From Candidatus Babelota bacterium (GTDB lineage Bacteria > Babelota > Babeliae > Babelales > JABDEC01): a stretch of 64,000 nucleotides of DNA. The stretch is taken from NCBI GenBank assembly GCA_013287265.1, contig JABDEC010000005.1, positions 265-64,264 on the forward strand, in the 5' to 3' direction. How positions within the stretch are numbered: the first letter of the stretch is position 1; each line of letters opens with the position of its first letter. The translations under genes were made by a program, and so were the position numbers. Shown here piece after piece: positions 51,023 through 60,860 of the stretch. Under the pieces are notes generated by a model. The model made no database searches and was not told where the DNA came from. It saw nothing but the letters and a program-made list of their open reading frames with translations.

Positions 51023-51134
51023 GATTCTTTTAATTTAAAAAAACTTTTAATTAAGTTTACTATTTTCATTGATAATTGTTTAGATTTATTTATATTTTTT
51101 GGGTTTTGAGTTCTGTAACTATTTAAAATATTTG

Positions 51135-51275
51135 GCACTGCGCGTGCAGCGGCAAAGGATTCATACGCGGAAAGCGGACAAGGGGTTTGGTATTATAACC
51201 CCTTGTCAATCCCCAATACCAATGGCTACGCCCTTGGAACCCTTGCGCTCGAATTTTGGCCACGAGCCTTTTCTC
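51135..51275. other. G+C-rich structured intergenic island 1 (hairpin plus pseudoknot potential)
   Basis: Perfect 10-bp stem acaaggggtt (51178-87) / aaccccttgt (51197-206). Loop tggtatt (51188-94) is complementary to aatacca (51215-21). Confidence 0.4.
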
Positions 51276-51439
51276 AATTTTTTTGTAATCAATAATTATT
51301 TAAATTTTTAATATTTTCTTTTCTAACACCATTCGGCTCAAACACAAAATTAAGAGCGCGAATGTACCTAACCTTAATTAAAGTAAAGGCAAATTAGCGA
51401 AACTGGAAATGAGCCGACATCATTTAAAAAAAATTATAA

Positions 51440-51560
51440 TCAACAGGCGAATTGAAGCATTTTTCGCGTAGGGATTCCAAAGGCACTCCTTTGGGGAATT
51501 GGGGTTTACAAAGGGGGCCCTAATTTCAGGCCACTTTGTTGCTGGCTGCATAGGCCTAAT
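51440..51560. other. G+C-rich structured intergenic island 2
   Basis: ccaaagg-cact-cctttgg hairpin (51477-51494), extendable by gattcc/ggaatt; aggcc...aggcct stem near 51528-51557. Confidence 0.35.
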
Positions 51561-51561
51561 T

Positions 51562-52476
51562 TTATCTAAATAAATTTATAAATTTAAATGCCGGTCTTAA
51601 TTTAACTTTTTTTTCATTTATTAAATCAAGACATTTTTTACTGCAACTATTTTCTAATTTTTTTAAACAATTAGGACATGCGATAAAATGCCTATTGCAA
51701 TTTGCATTCATGCAATTTGTATATGCATCATAAGGAATATTGCAAATATAACAAACACCTAAAGTATCAGAATTTACCGGAACAGAAACTCTTGCATCAA
51801 AAACATAATTTTTGCCCCTGAAAAATCCATCAGGAAACTTTTCAATATATTTATGAATGCCACCTTTAATTTGATAAACTTCTTTAGAAATATTTTTTGA
51901 TTTTAAATATGCTGAAGCTCTTTCACATCTTATTCCGCCAGTACAATACATTAAAATTTCTTTGTCTTTAAAAAGATCTAAATTATCATCAATAAATTTT
52001 GGCAGATCGCGGAAAAATCGTATATTGGGTTTTACAGCTCCCTTGAATGCTCCGATGTCAGATTCATATTTATTGCGAGCATCAAGAATTATTAAATTTT
52101 CAGAATTTTTTTCCAACAGATCATGAGTTTCTTGGGCTGATAAATGCTTTCCGGCGTTTTTTGCATTAATTAAATTCGTATCGACTTTTAATTTTACAAT
52201 TTCATCTTTTATCAAAATTTTTAATTTCGGAAAACAATCTGAATTTCCAATACTTTCTTTAAAATCAATATCTTTGAATAATTCATGATTATTCAGCTGA
52301 TTAATATAATTTTCAATATCTTCAACTCTTCCGCCTAAAGTACCGTTAATTCCTTCAGTGGCAAGTATGATTCTGCCTTTAAGATTTAATTCTTGGCATA
52401 TTTTTTGTTGCCATTTTTGAATCTGTTTAGGATATTGAATGTCTATATATTTATAAAAAAGTATTATTTTTCCCAT
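51562..52476 (-). CDS. trhO: rhodanese-domain tRNA uridine(34) hydroxylase (UPF0176/YceA family)
   Basis: ILFYKY...GRIILATEGINGTLGG N-terminus, CTGGIRCE rhodanese loop, Cys-rich C-terminus. Confidence 0.8.
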   Translation of the reverse strand: MGKIILFYKYIDIQYPKQIQKWQQKICQELNLKGRIILATEGINGTLGGRVEDIENYINQLNNHELFKDIDFKESIGNSDCFPKLKILIKDEIVKLKVDTNLINAKNAGKHLSAQETHDLLEKNSENLIILDARNKYESDIGAFKGAVKPNIRFFRDLPKFIDDNLDLFKDKEILMYCTGGIRCERASAYLKSKNISKEVYQIKGGIHKYIEKFPDGFFRGKNYVFDARVSVPVNSDTLGVCYICNIPYDAYTNCMNANCNRHFIACPNCLKKLENSCSKKCLDLINEKKVKLRPAFKFINLFR

Positions 52477-52565
52477 ATTTATTTCTTAATTATTATTAAT
52501 TCATAACCTCTTAATAAAAATAATAGCAGAATATGAGAAAATGTCGATAAATGACAAATACTTAA

Positions 52566-54098
52566 TTAATTCAATTTACTCTGTTTTTTATCCTTTTTAA
52601 GCAATCTTTGGGCATTTTTAATTGAAGCGGCATATTTATCAAAACCCTGCCATGGGTCGCCAATTTTATTGATTCTTTTAAAAATGTTACTGATATTGTA
52701 TTTTTGAGAAGTCAGTTTTGGATCATCCAATTCTTTCCATTTTAATGGTGTTGCTATCGGTGCTTTATCAATTGCTCTGATAGCATAAGGAGCGACTGCT
52801 GTAGCTCCAAAATCATTTCTTAATGTATCAATAAATATTTTTTTGCCTCTTTTTTCTTTTCGGACTTGCATAGTCAAATTTTCAGGGTCATCCTGAATGG
52901 CTATTTGAGCAATGTCCTGTGCAAATTTTTTAACTTCATCAAATGTATGAGTTCTTTTTATCGGCGTTGTAATATGCAATCCTCGTGAGCCAGTTGTCAT
53001 AACAAAAGGATGCAGTCCAATATCTTCTAATATTTTTTTTAATTTTTTTGCTGTTTCTTTTAAAATTTTAAAACTTTTTTCATCAGATGGATCTAAATCA
53101 AAAATCATCCTATCGGGATAATCCAATTTATCAACTTTGCTCAACCATAAATGTGGCGTTATGCATCCATAATTTGCAAGATAAACCAAAGTTGCAACAT
53201 TATTTGCAACAACATAATGAACTTTACCTTTTTCTTCTTTTCTTTCTACGCTGATTTTTTTTATCCAATCAGGAAAAAAATCCGGTGCATCTTTGTGATA
53301 AAATCCTTGTTGATGAATTCCTTGTGGAAATCTCAACATTGTCAAAGGATGATCTTTTGTGTAATGCAACATTATTGAGCCGATTTTATTATAATAATTT
53401 ACTAAATCTGATTTTGTAATTTTATCTTTTGGAAATAAAATTTTATCGGGATTAGTTATATTTACTTTAAATTTACCAACAAGCATTTCAGGGTCATCAT
53501 CAGAATTTTCTTTGGCAATTTGTTCAGTTGTGCGGTTTGTTAAAACTGATTTATCTTTTTTTAAAATATCTTTTTCAGATGAATTTTTGTCTTTTATTTT
53601 TTTGAAAATCCAATTTTTATCACCTTCACGATAATGTGTTCTAATTAAAACAAATCCGCCTTTTAATTTTTTGCCATTTAATAAAACTTCAATTTGTCCA
53701 TCTTTGTAACATTTTGAAATTGGCTTAATTTCCCCATTTTTTTCTTTTTTTATATTTTCGTAAGTGCCATAATCCCAAACCATTACAGTGCCGCCACCGT
53801 ATTGCCCTTTTGGAATTATGCCTTCAAATTTAGCATAATCCATTGGATGATCTTCTGTTTCAACAGCTAAACGCTTAATTTCATTGTCCATCGAAGGTCC
53901 TTTTGGAATTGCCCACGACTTTAAAACGCCATCAATTTCTAATCTGAAATCGTAATGAAGGGCATGCGCATTGTGCTTTTGAACTACAAAAATTGCTTTC
54001 TTTGTTTTTTTTATTTTGATTTTTCCCTTGGGTTCGGGTGTTTCAGAAAATGTTCTTTTTGAATGATATTTTTTTAAACTATCCTTTTTTGGCGCCAT
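52566..54098 (-). CDS. LigD-type NHEJ protein with 3'-phosphoesterase and polymerase/primase domains but no ligase domain
   Basis: FVVQKHNAHALHYDFRLE...WAIPKGPS (PE), then LRFPQG...PDRMIFDLDPSD...MTTGSRGLHI (Pol). ATG 54098 gives the MAPKKDSLKKYHSKRTFSETPEP start. Confidence 0.75.
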   Translation of the reverse strand: MAPKKDSLKKYHSKRTFSETPEPKGKIKIKKTKKAIFVVQKHNAHALHYDFRLEIDGVLKSWAIPKGPSMDNEIKRLAVETEDHPMDYAKFEGIIPKGQYGGGTVMVWDYGTYENIKKEKNGEIKPISKCYKDGQIEVLLNGKKLKGGFVLIRTHYREGDKNWIFKKIKDKNSSEKDILKKDKSVLTNRTTEQIAKENSDDDPEMLVGKFKVNITNPDKILFPKDKITKSDLVNYYNKIGSIMLHYTKDHPLTMLRFPQGIHQQGFYHKDAPDFFPDWIKKISVERKEEKGKVHYVVANNVATLVYLANYGCITPHLWLSKVDKLDYPDRMIFDLDPSDEKSFKILKETAKKLKKILEDIGLHPFVMTTGSRGLHITTPIKRTHTFDEVKKFAQDIAQIAIQDDPENLTMQVRKEKRGKKIFIDTLRNDFGATAVAPYAIRAIDKAPIATPLKWKELDDPKLTSQKYNISNIFKRINKIGDPWQGFDKYAASIKNAQRLLKKDKKQSKLN

Positions 54099-54293
54099 GC
54101 TCCATCCTATGCTTAAAAATGATATTAATAAGACAAACTTTATTCTCATAACTTTTAATGTATCAGATTTATTTTTGAAAAATTAAGAATATATAAATTC
54201 TTTATGAGTTCTCTTGACAAATTGAATAAAAATTATACAATCAATTATATATTATTTTTACCAGATAATTATTTTTTATTTCAGTGGGGAAAT

Positions 54294-55076
54294 ATGAAAA
54301 ATTTATTTAAATTTATTTTTTTGATCACTTTATTTAATAATATTAATTCTGCTAATATGGATACAGATAATTTGAATCCAGATAATTTTGGTCATGAAGT
54401 TAGACCGGATGTAAATTTTAGTCCTATTTTTGGAGGTACGCTTGAAGATGATAAACAAGAAGTTAGAGAAAGAAATCGTCTATTGGCAGATAAATTAAAT
54501 AAACGAAAAGTAGAAGAAATGTTTGAAGATGAAGATGGAAAAGCAGAACTAGAAATGAGAATTTTGCAAGGACAGTTAGTTGATTCATATTCAAGAACAC
54601 TGCAAATACAAGCAAATACATCACAAATATTAAATCAAATAGACCAAAGCAGAGCTGCAGCAATGGAAGTTTCTCCTGTTGCCATGGGCACAGATGTTTC
54701 TGATGATAGAAAAGTGAAATCTGACTTATTAAAAATAATTAAAGAAAAAATGAAGCAATTTGATGATTCATTTGAACAATTACAGCAGTGGCCTGCTTCA
54801 AAAAATTATTTAAATAAAATTGATCAATTAGGCAATTTATATTGTGAAGTTTATGATTCAATAATACATCTACTAATATTCGCTATACGTAAAGATTCAG
54901 TACTTCCGTGCGGAATTAATTTTGATGATCTTCCACAATATTTTAAAGAACGTTATAAAGAGCACTATTTAAAATTTGAAAAAATTAAGAAAAAAATGAC
55001 ATCAATAGATGATGGTTTAACAGAAAAGATTTATGCTGACATGATTCGTAAAAAATTTCCTATTATTATTGCATAA
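54294..55076 (+). CDS. hypothetical secreted protein
   Basis: ATG 54294 gives MKNLFKFIFLITLFNNINSA. Confidence 0.5.
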   Translation: MKNLFKFIFLITLFNNINSANMDTDNLNPDNFGHEVRPDVNFSPIFGGTLEDDKQEVRERNRLLADKLNKRKVEEMFEDEDGKAELEMRILQGQLVDSYSRTLQIQANTSQILNQIDQSRAAAMEVSPVAMGTDVSDDRKVKSDLLKIIKEKMKQFDDSFEQLQQWPASKNYLNKIDQLGNLYCEVYDSIIHLLIFAIRKDSVLPCGINFDDLPQYFKERYKEHYLKFEKIKKKMTSIDDGLTEKIYADMIRKKFPIIIA

Positions 55077-55202
55077 AGATACGTTTAAAAAAATAATTTA
55101 ATTCGATTTATAGAAATTGATTCTCAATAATTTATTATTGTTGTACTGTAATATTAAGTTAATTTTTTATAATATATGTAGACTTTTTAAAATTATTAAA
55201 TT

Positions 55203-55676
55203 ATGAAAAGTTTTTATAAATTTTTTTTAATAGTCATTCTGATTATTAATGCTTTTACAAATGCAGCTGATTTTAATATGTCCGATCGTGATGATTCTGT
55301 AAAATCAGAATATTCAGAAGATGAATATGTACAATCATCAGAGATTGAAAGAATTAAATTAGTTAATTATTTTTATAATGAATTTAGAATACAATTTGAA
55401 ACAATTGAAAATTGTATAGCTTTTTTTAAGTTTCTAAATAGGGAAGATCAGAGAACATGTTTTTGTCATATTGTCTTAGCTATGTGGAAAATTGTTAAAT
55501 TTAAACAAATTTTTCAAAATAATTCATTGAAGTTTTATGATGTCGAAAATTATTTTTCCAAAAATTATCGAATATGGATTGAGTATTTGAAAATCAAAGA
55601 TGATATAATAAAATATAATTTTGAATTCTATAATGAATTTGAAAAAATCTTTTCAACATTCAAACTTCAATCTTAA
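55203..55676 (+). CDS. hypothetical secreted protein
   Basis: Signal peptide MKSFYKFFLIVILIINAFTNA. Confidence 0.5.
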   Translation: MKSFYKFFLIVILIINAFTNAADFNMSDRDDSVKSEYSEDEYVQSSEIERIKLVNYFYNEFRIQFETIENCIAFFKFLNREDQRTCFCHIVLAMWKIVKFKQIFQNNSLKFYDVENYFSKNYRIWIEYLKIKDDIIKYNFEFYNEFEKIFSTFKLQS

Positions 55677-55784
55677 ATAAAAATATTTCTGAAGAATTTA
55701 TTTTTTATTATTATTTCGTATTATAAGAAATAAGAAGTAGAGCATATTCGAATCCCATTTTTCTAATTTTTAAGGTTTTTTCAT

Positions 55785-58106
55785 ATGAAATTATCTCTTT
55801 CCTGGATTTTTGATCATATTGATGCTGACTGGAAAAAAATCAATATAAATGAATTTATTAATAAATTTAATAAAACAACGGCTGAAATTGAAAAGGTGCA
55901 AAAGGTCAATATTGATTTAAAAAATCTTTTTATTGCAAAAGTAAAATCTATTTCTAAAGAAACTGTTATTTTGGAATGTCCCGAATTAAAAAAAGAAATT
56001 GAATTACCAAAAAAAGAAAAAATAAAAATTAATGATTTGTTTTTATTAAAGAAAATTGAAAATCATGAATTTGATTGGGCTAAATTAAAAGATTTAGGCT
56101 CTGAAAAAGAAGGCTCTCTTGGCGCAATTTTTGTCACTGAAAATGAAATATCAGGAAAATGGAAAAATAATTTTGAATCTGAAGATTATATTATTGAAAT
56201 TGATAATGCAGCAGTAACACACAGACCTGATTTATGGGGTCATAGAGGTTATGCAAGAGAAATAGCTGCAATATTTAATTTAAAATTAAAACCAATTTCA
56301 GAATTAATAACAAAAAAGCAAATAAAAAATTTTGATAAATCATTCAGTTCTGATTCAAAAAACCCGTTTACAATTAAAATTGAAGCAGATTCATGCAAAA
56401 GATTTGCAACACTTTTTATTGATTCAATAGAAAATAAGTCATCAAATTTATTAATTGCATCAAGATTAGCAAGAATTGATAGTAAGCCAATTGATTTTAT
56501 AGTTGATGCAACAAATTATGTAATGTTTGATTTAAGTCAACCCATGCATGCTTTTGATGCACAAAAAATTAAATCCCAAACCATTTATGCAAAAATGGCA
56601 AGAAAAGATGATTCTCTTTTACTTATTGATGATGAGGAAATTAAGTTAACAGATCAGGATTTAATTATTGCTGACACGCAACCAATTTCTCTTGCAGGAA
56701 TTATGGGTGGTTCAAAAACTGCAGTTGATGAAAATACTAAATCTTTATTAGTTGAATCAGCAAATTTTGAACCAATTACAATTAGAAAAAGTTCAATAAG
56801 ATTTAAAAAAAGAACTGAAAGTTCTGCGCGTTTTGAAAAAAATCTCGATCCAAACCAAAATATTTTAGCAATAGAACGTTTTTTAAAGATTTTGGAAAAT
56901 GAAAATATAAAATTCCAATCAAGTAATGAAATAATATCCTTAGGAAAAGAAGTTAATGAAATCAAAATTAATTTATCCAATGACTTTATTGAAAAAAGAT
57001 TAGGTGTTGCAATTAAATCTGAATTTGTTGTTGAAACATTAAAAAAATTAGACTTTAAAGTTGAAAAACGGAATGATAATTTTGAAATAATAGTTCCGAC
57101 ATTTCGGTCAAAAAATATAACTATAGAGGAAGATATTGTTGAAGAAATTGGGAGATTTTTTGGATTTGAAAATATCCCATTCATTTTGCCAGCTAAAAAA
57201 ATGGAGCCATCAACTTTTCGTGAAATTGGAAATTTAAGAAAAATAAAACAATTGATGGCATATTCTGATTTAATGCATGAGGTTAATAATTATCCTTTTT
57301 TTGACGAAGATTTTTTAAAAGAATTAAATTGGCAACCGCAAAATTGTATAGAAATTTCTAATCCGATTTCTGAGAACTTCAAACGTTTAGTTACGTCACT
57401 AATTCCACATTTGCTTAAAAATATTCAGCAAAATATAAATAAAGCTGATCAGTTAAGATTTTTTGAATTTAATAGAATTTGGAGTCAGGATCAAAAAAAT
57501 ACAGTTGAAAAAAAATCTTTAGCCGGAATATTTTTTAACAAAAATTCAATAGATTTTTATGATTCAAAGACGTTATTAAATAATTTGTTTAATTTATTGG
57601 ATTTGCCAATTGAATGGACCAAATTATCAAGTGCAAATCAGATTGAAAATGATTTTTATAACAAATATCAAACGGCTGATTTATTATTTGAAGGCAAAAA
57701 AATTGGAACTGCCGGAATAATATCTTCCCAAATGTTATTAAAAATTTCTCCAGGCGATGCATTTATTTTTGAAATTGATGGAGATTTCTTGCTTTCTTAT
57801 AATCCAAAAATGGTTAAATTTAAACCAATTTCAAAATTTCAACCGACTTGGCTTGACATAAGTATGTTTGTGCCAACAAGATATACAGTTTCTGAAATAA
57901 CAAAAATTATCAAATCCGTCGATTCGCGAATTTTTGATGTGAACTTAATTGATAGGTTTGAAAAAGAAGAATGGCAAAATAAAGTTTCATTAACATTCAG
58001 GTTTCATATTGTGTATGAAAATAAAACTTTATTAAAAGAAGAAATAAATGAAGTAATGAATGAAGTCATTGAAGCTGTTAGAAAGATTGGCGCAGAAATA
58101 AGATGA
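55785..58106 (+). CDS. pheT: phenylalanine--tRNA ligase beta subunit
   Basis: MKLSLSWIFDHI N-terminus, B3/4 and B5 regions (AGIMGG), C-terminal FDX-ACB-like domain. Confidence 0.9.
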   Translation: MKLSLSWIFDHIDADWKKININEFINKFNKTTAEIEKVQKVNIDLKNLFIAKVKSISKETVILECPELKKEIELPKKEKIKINDLFLLKKIENHEFDWAKLKDLGSEKEGSLGAIFVTENEISGKWKNNFESEDYIIEIDNAAVTHRPDLWGHRGYAREIAAIFNLKLKPISELITKKQIKNFDKSFSSDSKNPFTIKIEADSCKRFATLFIDSIENKSSNLLIASRLARIDSKPIDFIVDATNYVMFDLSQPMHAFDAQKIKSQTIYAKMARKDDSLLLIDDEEIKLTDQDLIIADTQPISLAGIMGGSKTAVDENTKSLLVESANFEPITIRKSSIRFKKRTESSARFEKNLDPNQNILAIERFLKILENENIKFQSSNEIISLGKEVNEIKINLSNDFIEKRLGVAIKSEFVVETLKKLDFKVEKRNDNFEIIVPTFRSKNITIEEDIVEEIGRFFGFENIPFILPAKKMEPSTFREIGNLRKIKQLMAYSDLMHEVNNYPFFDEDFLKELNWQPQNCIEISNPISENFKRLVTSLIPHLLKNIQQNINKADQLRFFEFNRIWSQDQKNTVEKKSLAGIFFNKNSIDFYDSKTLLNNLFNLLDLPIEWTKLSSANQIENDFYNKYQTADLLFEGKKIGTAGIISSQMLLKISPGDAFIFEIDGDFLLSYNPKMVKFKPISKFQPTWLDISMFVPTRYTVSEITKIIKSVDSRIFDVNLIDRFEKEEWQNKVSLTFRFHIVYENKTLLKEEINEVMNEVIEAVRKIGAEIR

Positions 58107-58564
58107 TAATTTATTTCTTATTGTTTTTATTTCCTTTTTTTTTAGATCGCTTAACTAAATTTTTAATTTTACATTTGGGAAGATATTATTCCGGCAGTTC
58201 CAATTTTTTTGAAGTTAATAGATTTTTATCAATTGATTTAACATTTAATCGGGGAATTTCTTGGAGTTTTTTTCACAGTCAAAATAATTATATTTTTTTT
58301 ATAATTTCATTTTTAATTTTATTTATTCTTTGTTTACTTTTGTATCAGATTAAAGAAAATATAAAATCAAATAAATCAATTCTTGGAGAAATTTTAATAT
58401 TTTCAGGCGGATTTTCTAATTTTTTAGACAGAATTTTTTATGGCGGAGTGATTGATTTTATTCTTGTCTCTTATAAAAATTTTTCATGGCCAATTTTTAA
58501 TTTAGCTGATGGATTTATTACGATTGGCGTTTTTATTTTATTGATATCAAATTTTAAAAAATAA
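58103..58564 (+). CDS. lspA: lipoprotein signal peptidase (signal peptidase II)
   Basis: NRGISWSF and FNLADGFITIG motifs; ATGA overlap with pheT. Confidence 0.85.
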   Translation: MIIYFLLFLFPFFLDRLTKFLILHLGRYYSGSSNFFEVNRFLSIDLTFNRGISWSFFHSQNNYIFFIISFLILFILCLLLYQIKENIKSNKSILGEILIFSGGFSNFLDRIFYGGVIDFILVSYKNFSWPIFNLADGFITIGVFILLISNFKK

Positions 58565-59011
58565 ATGAAAATTCTTAAAAATATTGTGACTTTCGGGCCC
58601 GTAGGTTATTTTTTTGCATCAGGCACTATTGCTTCTTTAATAACTTTGCCGTTAATTTATTTTTTGAGTCAATTTAATTTTCAAATTTATCTTTCAATGT
58701 TCTTTTTTCTATTTATTTTGTCTTATTTAATTTTAAAAGAATCTTTAAAAGAATTTCATTCAAAAGATCCATCAGAAATTGTTATTGATGAATTTTTAGG
58801 ATGTTTAATAACTTTTTTTATGATTCCCATAAATTTTAGATCACTAATTTTGGGGTTTTTTTTATTTCGTTTTTTTGATATTTTAAAGCCTTTGGGATTG
58901 AAAAGAATTGAAAAAATTTATGGCGCTCTTGGCATTTTGTTAGATGATATTTTTGCAGGATTAATCAGCAATTTAATTTTAAAAACAATTTATGCAATTC
59001 CAATTAATTGA
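58565..59011 (+). CDS. pgpA: phosphatidylglycerophosphatase A
   Basis: IVIDEFLG and FRFFDILKP motifs. Confidence 0.8.
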   Translation: MKILKNIVTFGPVGYFFASGTIASLITLPLIYFLSQFNFQIYLSMFFFLFILSYLILKESLKEFHSKDPSEIVIDEFLGCLITFFMIPINFRSLILGFFLFRFFDILKPLGLKRIEKIYGALGILLDDIFAGLISNLILKTIYAIPIN

Positions 59012-59657
59012 ATCTATAACAAAAAAGATAGCAGATTTTGTTTCTCCTCCATTTTGTGAATATTGTAAAGAGTTTATTCAACAACGATCAATTTTTTGTA
59101 GCAAATGTTTTGAAAAAATTTCACCAATTGTATCAATAAAAATAGGAATAACTCCTGATTTTGCATTATCCGTTTTTGCAATTTCAGATTATAAAGATCC
59201 GTTAAAATCTTTAATTTTGGCAAAAAATTGGGGCAATGGTTTAGCTTCAAAGCAATTAGGTGAATTAATCTGGCAAATGACTAATTTAAAATTTCAGAAT
59301 TTCGATTATTTAATTCCAATTCCCTTGCATTGGTTAAGATATGCAAAAAGAGGATTTAATCAGAGTGAAACGATTGCAAAAGTTTTATCAGATAAAAGTA
59401 AAAAACCTGTTTGTGACATTTTAAAAAGATCAAGATATACAAGATTTCAATCTACGCTGTCTGCAGTTGAAAGAACCAAGAATGTACGTAATGTATTTAC
59501 AATAGATTTATCAAAAAAAATATATTTTGAAGGTAAAGATTTAATTTTAGTAGATGATTTGTTAACGTCAGGTTCTACTTTAAAAGCTGCTGCTAAAGAA
59601 TTATTAAAATTAAAACCAAAATCAATATCAGCCGTTGTTGCTTGTCGTGTTGTATAA
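58992..59657 (+). CDS. comF: ComF family protein (phosphoribosyltransferase-like)
   Basis: N-terminal CxxC...CxxC and C-terminal LILVDDLLTSGSTL PRT motif. Confidence 0.8.
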   Translation: MQFQLIESITKKIADFVSPPFCEYCKEFIQQRSIFCSKCFEKISPIVSIKIGITPDFALSVFAISDYKDPLKSLILAKNWGNGLASKQLGELIWQMTNLKFQNFDYLIPIPLHWLRYAKRGFNQSETIAKVLSDKSKKPVCDILKRSRYTRFQSTLSAVERTKNVRNVFTIDLSKKIYFEGKDLILVDDLLTSGSTLKAAAKELLKLKPKSISAVVACRVV

Positions 59658-59794
59658 TTTTATGAATAAATAATATTTCTAATAGCATTAGAAAATTTTA
59701 TTATTCATTTGAGTTGTTAAGAAAATTTTTTACAAATTTAATCTGATATGTTAAAATTTTCATGATTTGGCCCAACATGTAAATCAAAGGAAAA

Positions 59795-60799
59795 ATGATG
59801 CTTAAGAATAAATTTATTTCGACGGGATTATTGTCAATTGCTCTTTTAGGCTTGCCAGCTTGTAGTTGGCTTTCAAAAATTAAAGATGGTGAAGGTTGTT
59901 CTGAATGCACGAGTTGTTCGGCAACAACAGATACGAAAGCAAATCAGGTTTTAATTTCAATTGATGGTAGACCGGCTTTGATAGCTAAAGAATTTGAAGA
60001 TTATTTAGAACAGGTAGCTGAAGAAAATGAACAATTTAAATTAATGTTACAATTTATGCCTGATTTTAAAGAACAACTTTTTGATATGAAAAAGCGTTCT
60101 ATAATTTTCTCTGAATGGGCTAAGAAAAATGGTGTCAGAAATTCAAAAGATTATAAAGACAAAGAGAGAAAATATCTTGATGCAATCAGAGAATCTTTAG
60201 ATGCAAGAGAGTTTATAAAGCAACATAATATTGAAGTTAATGATGCAGACATTCAAAAATATTATGAAGAAAATAAAAACAAAGATCCTCATATTATGAT
60301 TGCAGGTGAAGGAATTAAATCTTTGGGAATTTCATTTAGCAAACAGGCAGCCGCTGAAGAATTTGCTAAAAAAGTTAATGCAGGAAATTTTGAAAAATTG
60401 GCTAAATCTAAAAATTTAAATGTTGAAGATTTAGGCAATGTTAATAAAGATAGCATGACAGATGAAAGAATCAGAGAAAAAATTTTTAATGCTAAAACTT
60501 ATCCGACCGTTCTTACAGTTAAAGATAAAAATGGAAAATATTGGATAATTCTTGCAAAAGGAAAAGAAGCTGCGCAATTCAGACCGCTTGAACAAGTTAA
60601 AGAAGTAATTAAACGTTCATTATCACCAAAGAAAATGCAGGAAATGTTAGATCTTGAAGTTCCTAAATATGAAAAAGAATATAAAGTTACTGAAGATAAA
60701 AAATATTTCCAAGATGCAAAAAAAGAATTAGAAAATAAGATGATGCAAGTAAATCCAACTGCTGCATCTAATCAAAGTGCTCAACCAGAAATTAAGTAG
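59795..60799 (+). CDS. lipoprotein, SurA/PpiD-like chaperone domain
   Basis: Lipobox LLGLPAC; SurA-N-like pattern by eye. Confidence 0.45.
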   Translation: MMLKNKFISTGLLSIALLGLPACSWLSKIKDGEGCSECTSCSATTDTKANQVLISIDGRPALIAKEFEDYLEQVAEENEQFKLMLQFMPDFKEQLFDMKKRSIIFSEWAKKNGVRNSKDYKDKERKYLDAIRESLDAREFIKQHNIEVNDADIQKYYEENKNKDPHIMIAGEGIKSLGISFSKQAAAEEFAKKVNAGNFEKLAKSKNLNVEDLGNVNKDSMTDERIREKIFNAKTYPTVLTVKDKNGKYWIILAKGKEAAQFRPLEQVKEVIKRSLSPKKMQEMLDLEVPKYEKEYKVTEDKKYFQDAKKELENKMMQVNPTAASNQSAQPEIK

Positions 60800-60811
60800 G
60801 AATTAAAAAAT

Positions 60812-60843
60812 AAAGGGAACTTACAAAATAGTAAGTTCCCTTT
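60812..60843 (+). terminator. intrinsic terminator
   Basis: aaagggaacttac-aaaata-gtaagttcccttt followed by atttg. Confidence 0.65.
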
Positions 60844-60860
60844 ATTTGATAAGGAATAAA

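Noticed and set aside
51135-51560. RNase P RNA, tmRNA or SRP RNA in the murB upstream gap
   Set aside because: I could not find the conserved GAGGAAAGUCCGG / ACAGAANCCGGCUUA P4 strands (only a weak ggaaagcggac), a tmRNA T-arm with CCA end, or the SRP GGAAGGAAGCAGC motif on either strand. An open frame ending ...EAFFA* at 51397-51471 looked tag-like. However, it is not preceded by tmRNA 5' structure at the expected distance.
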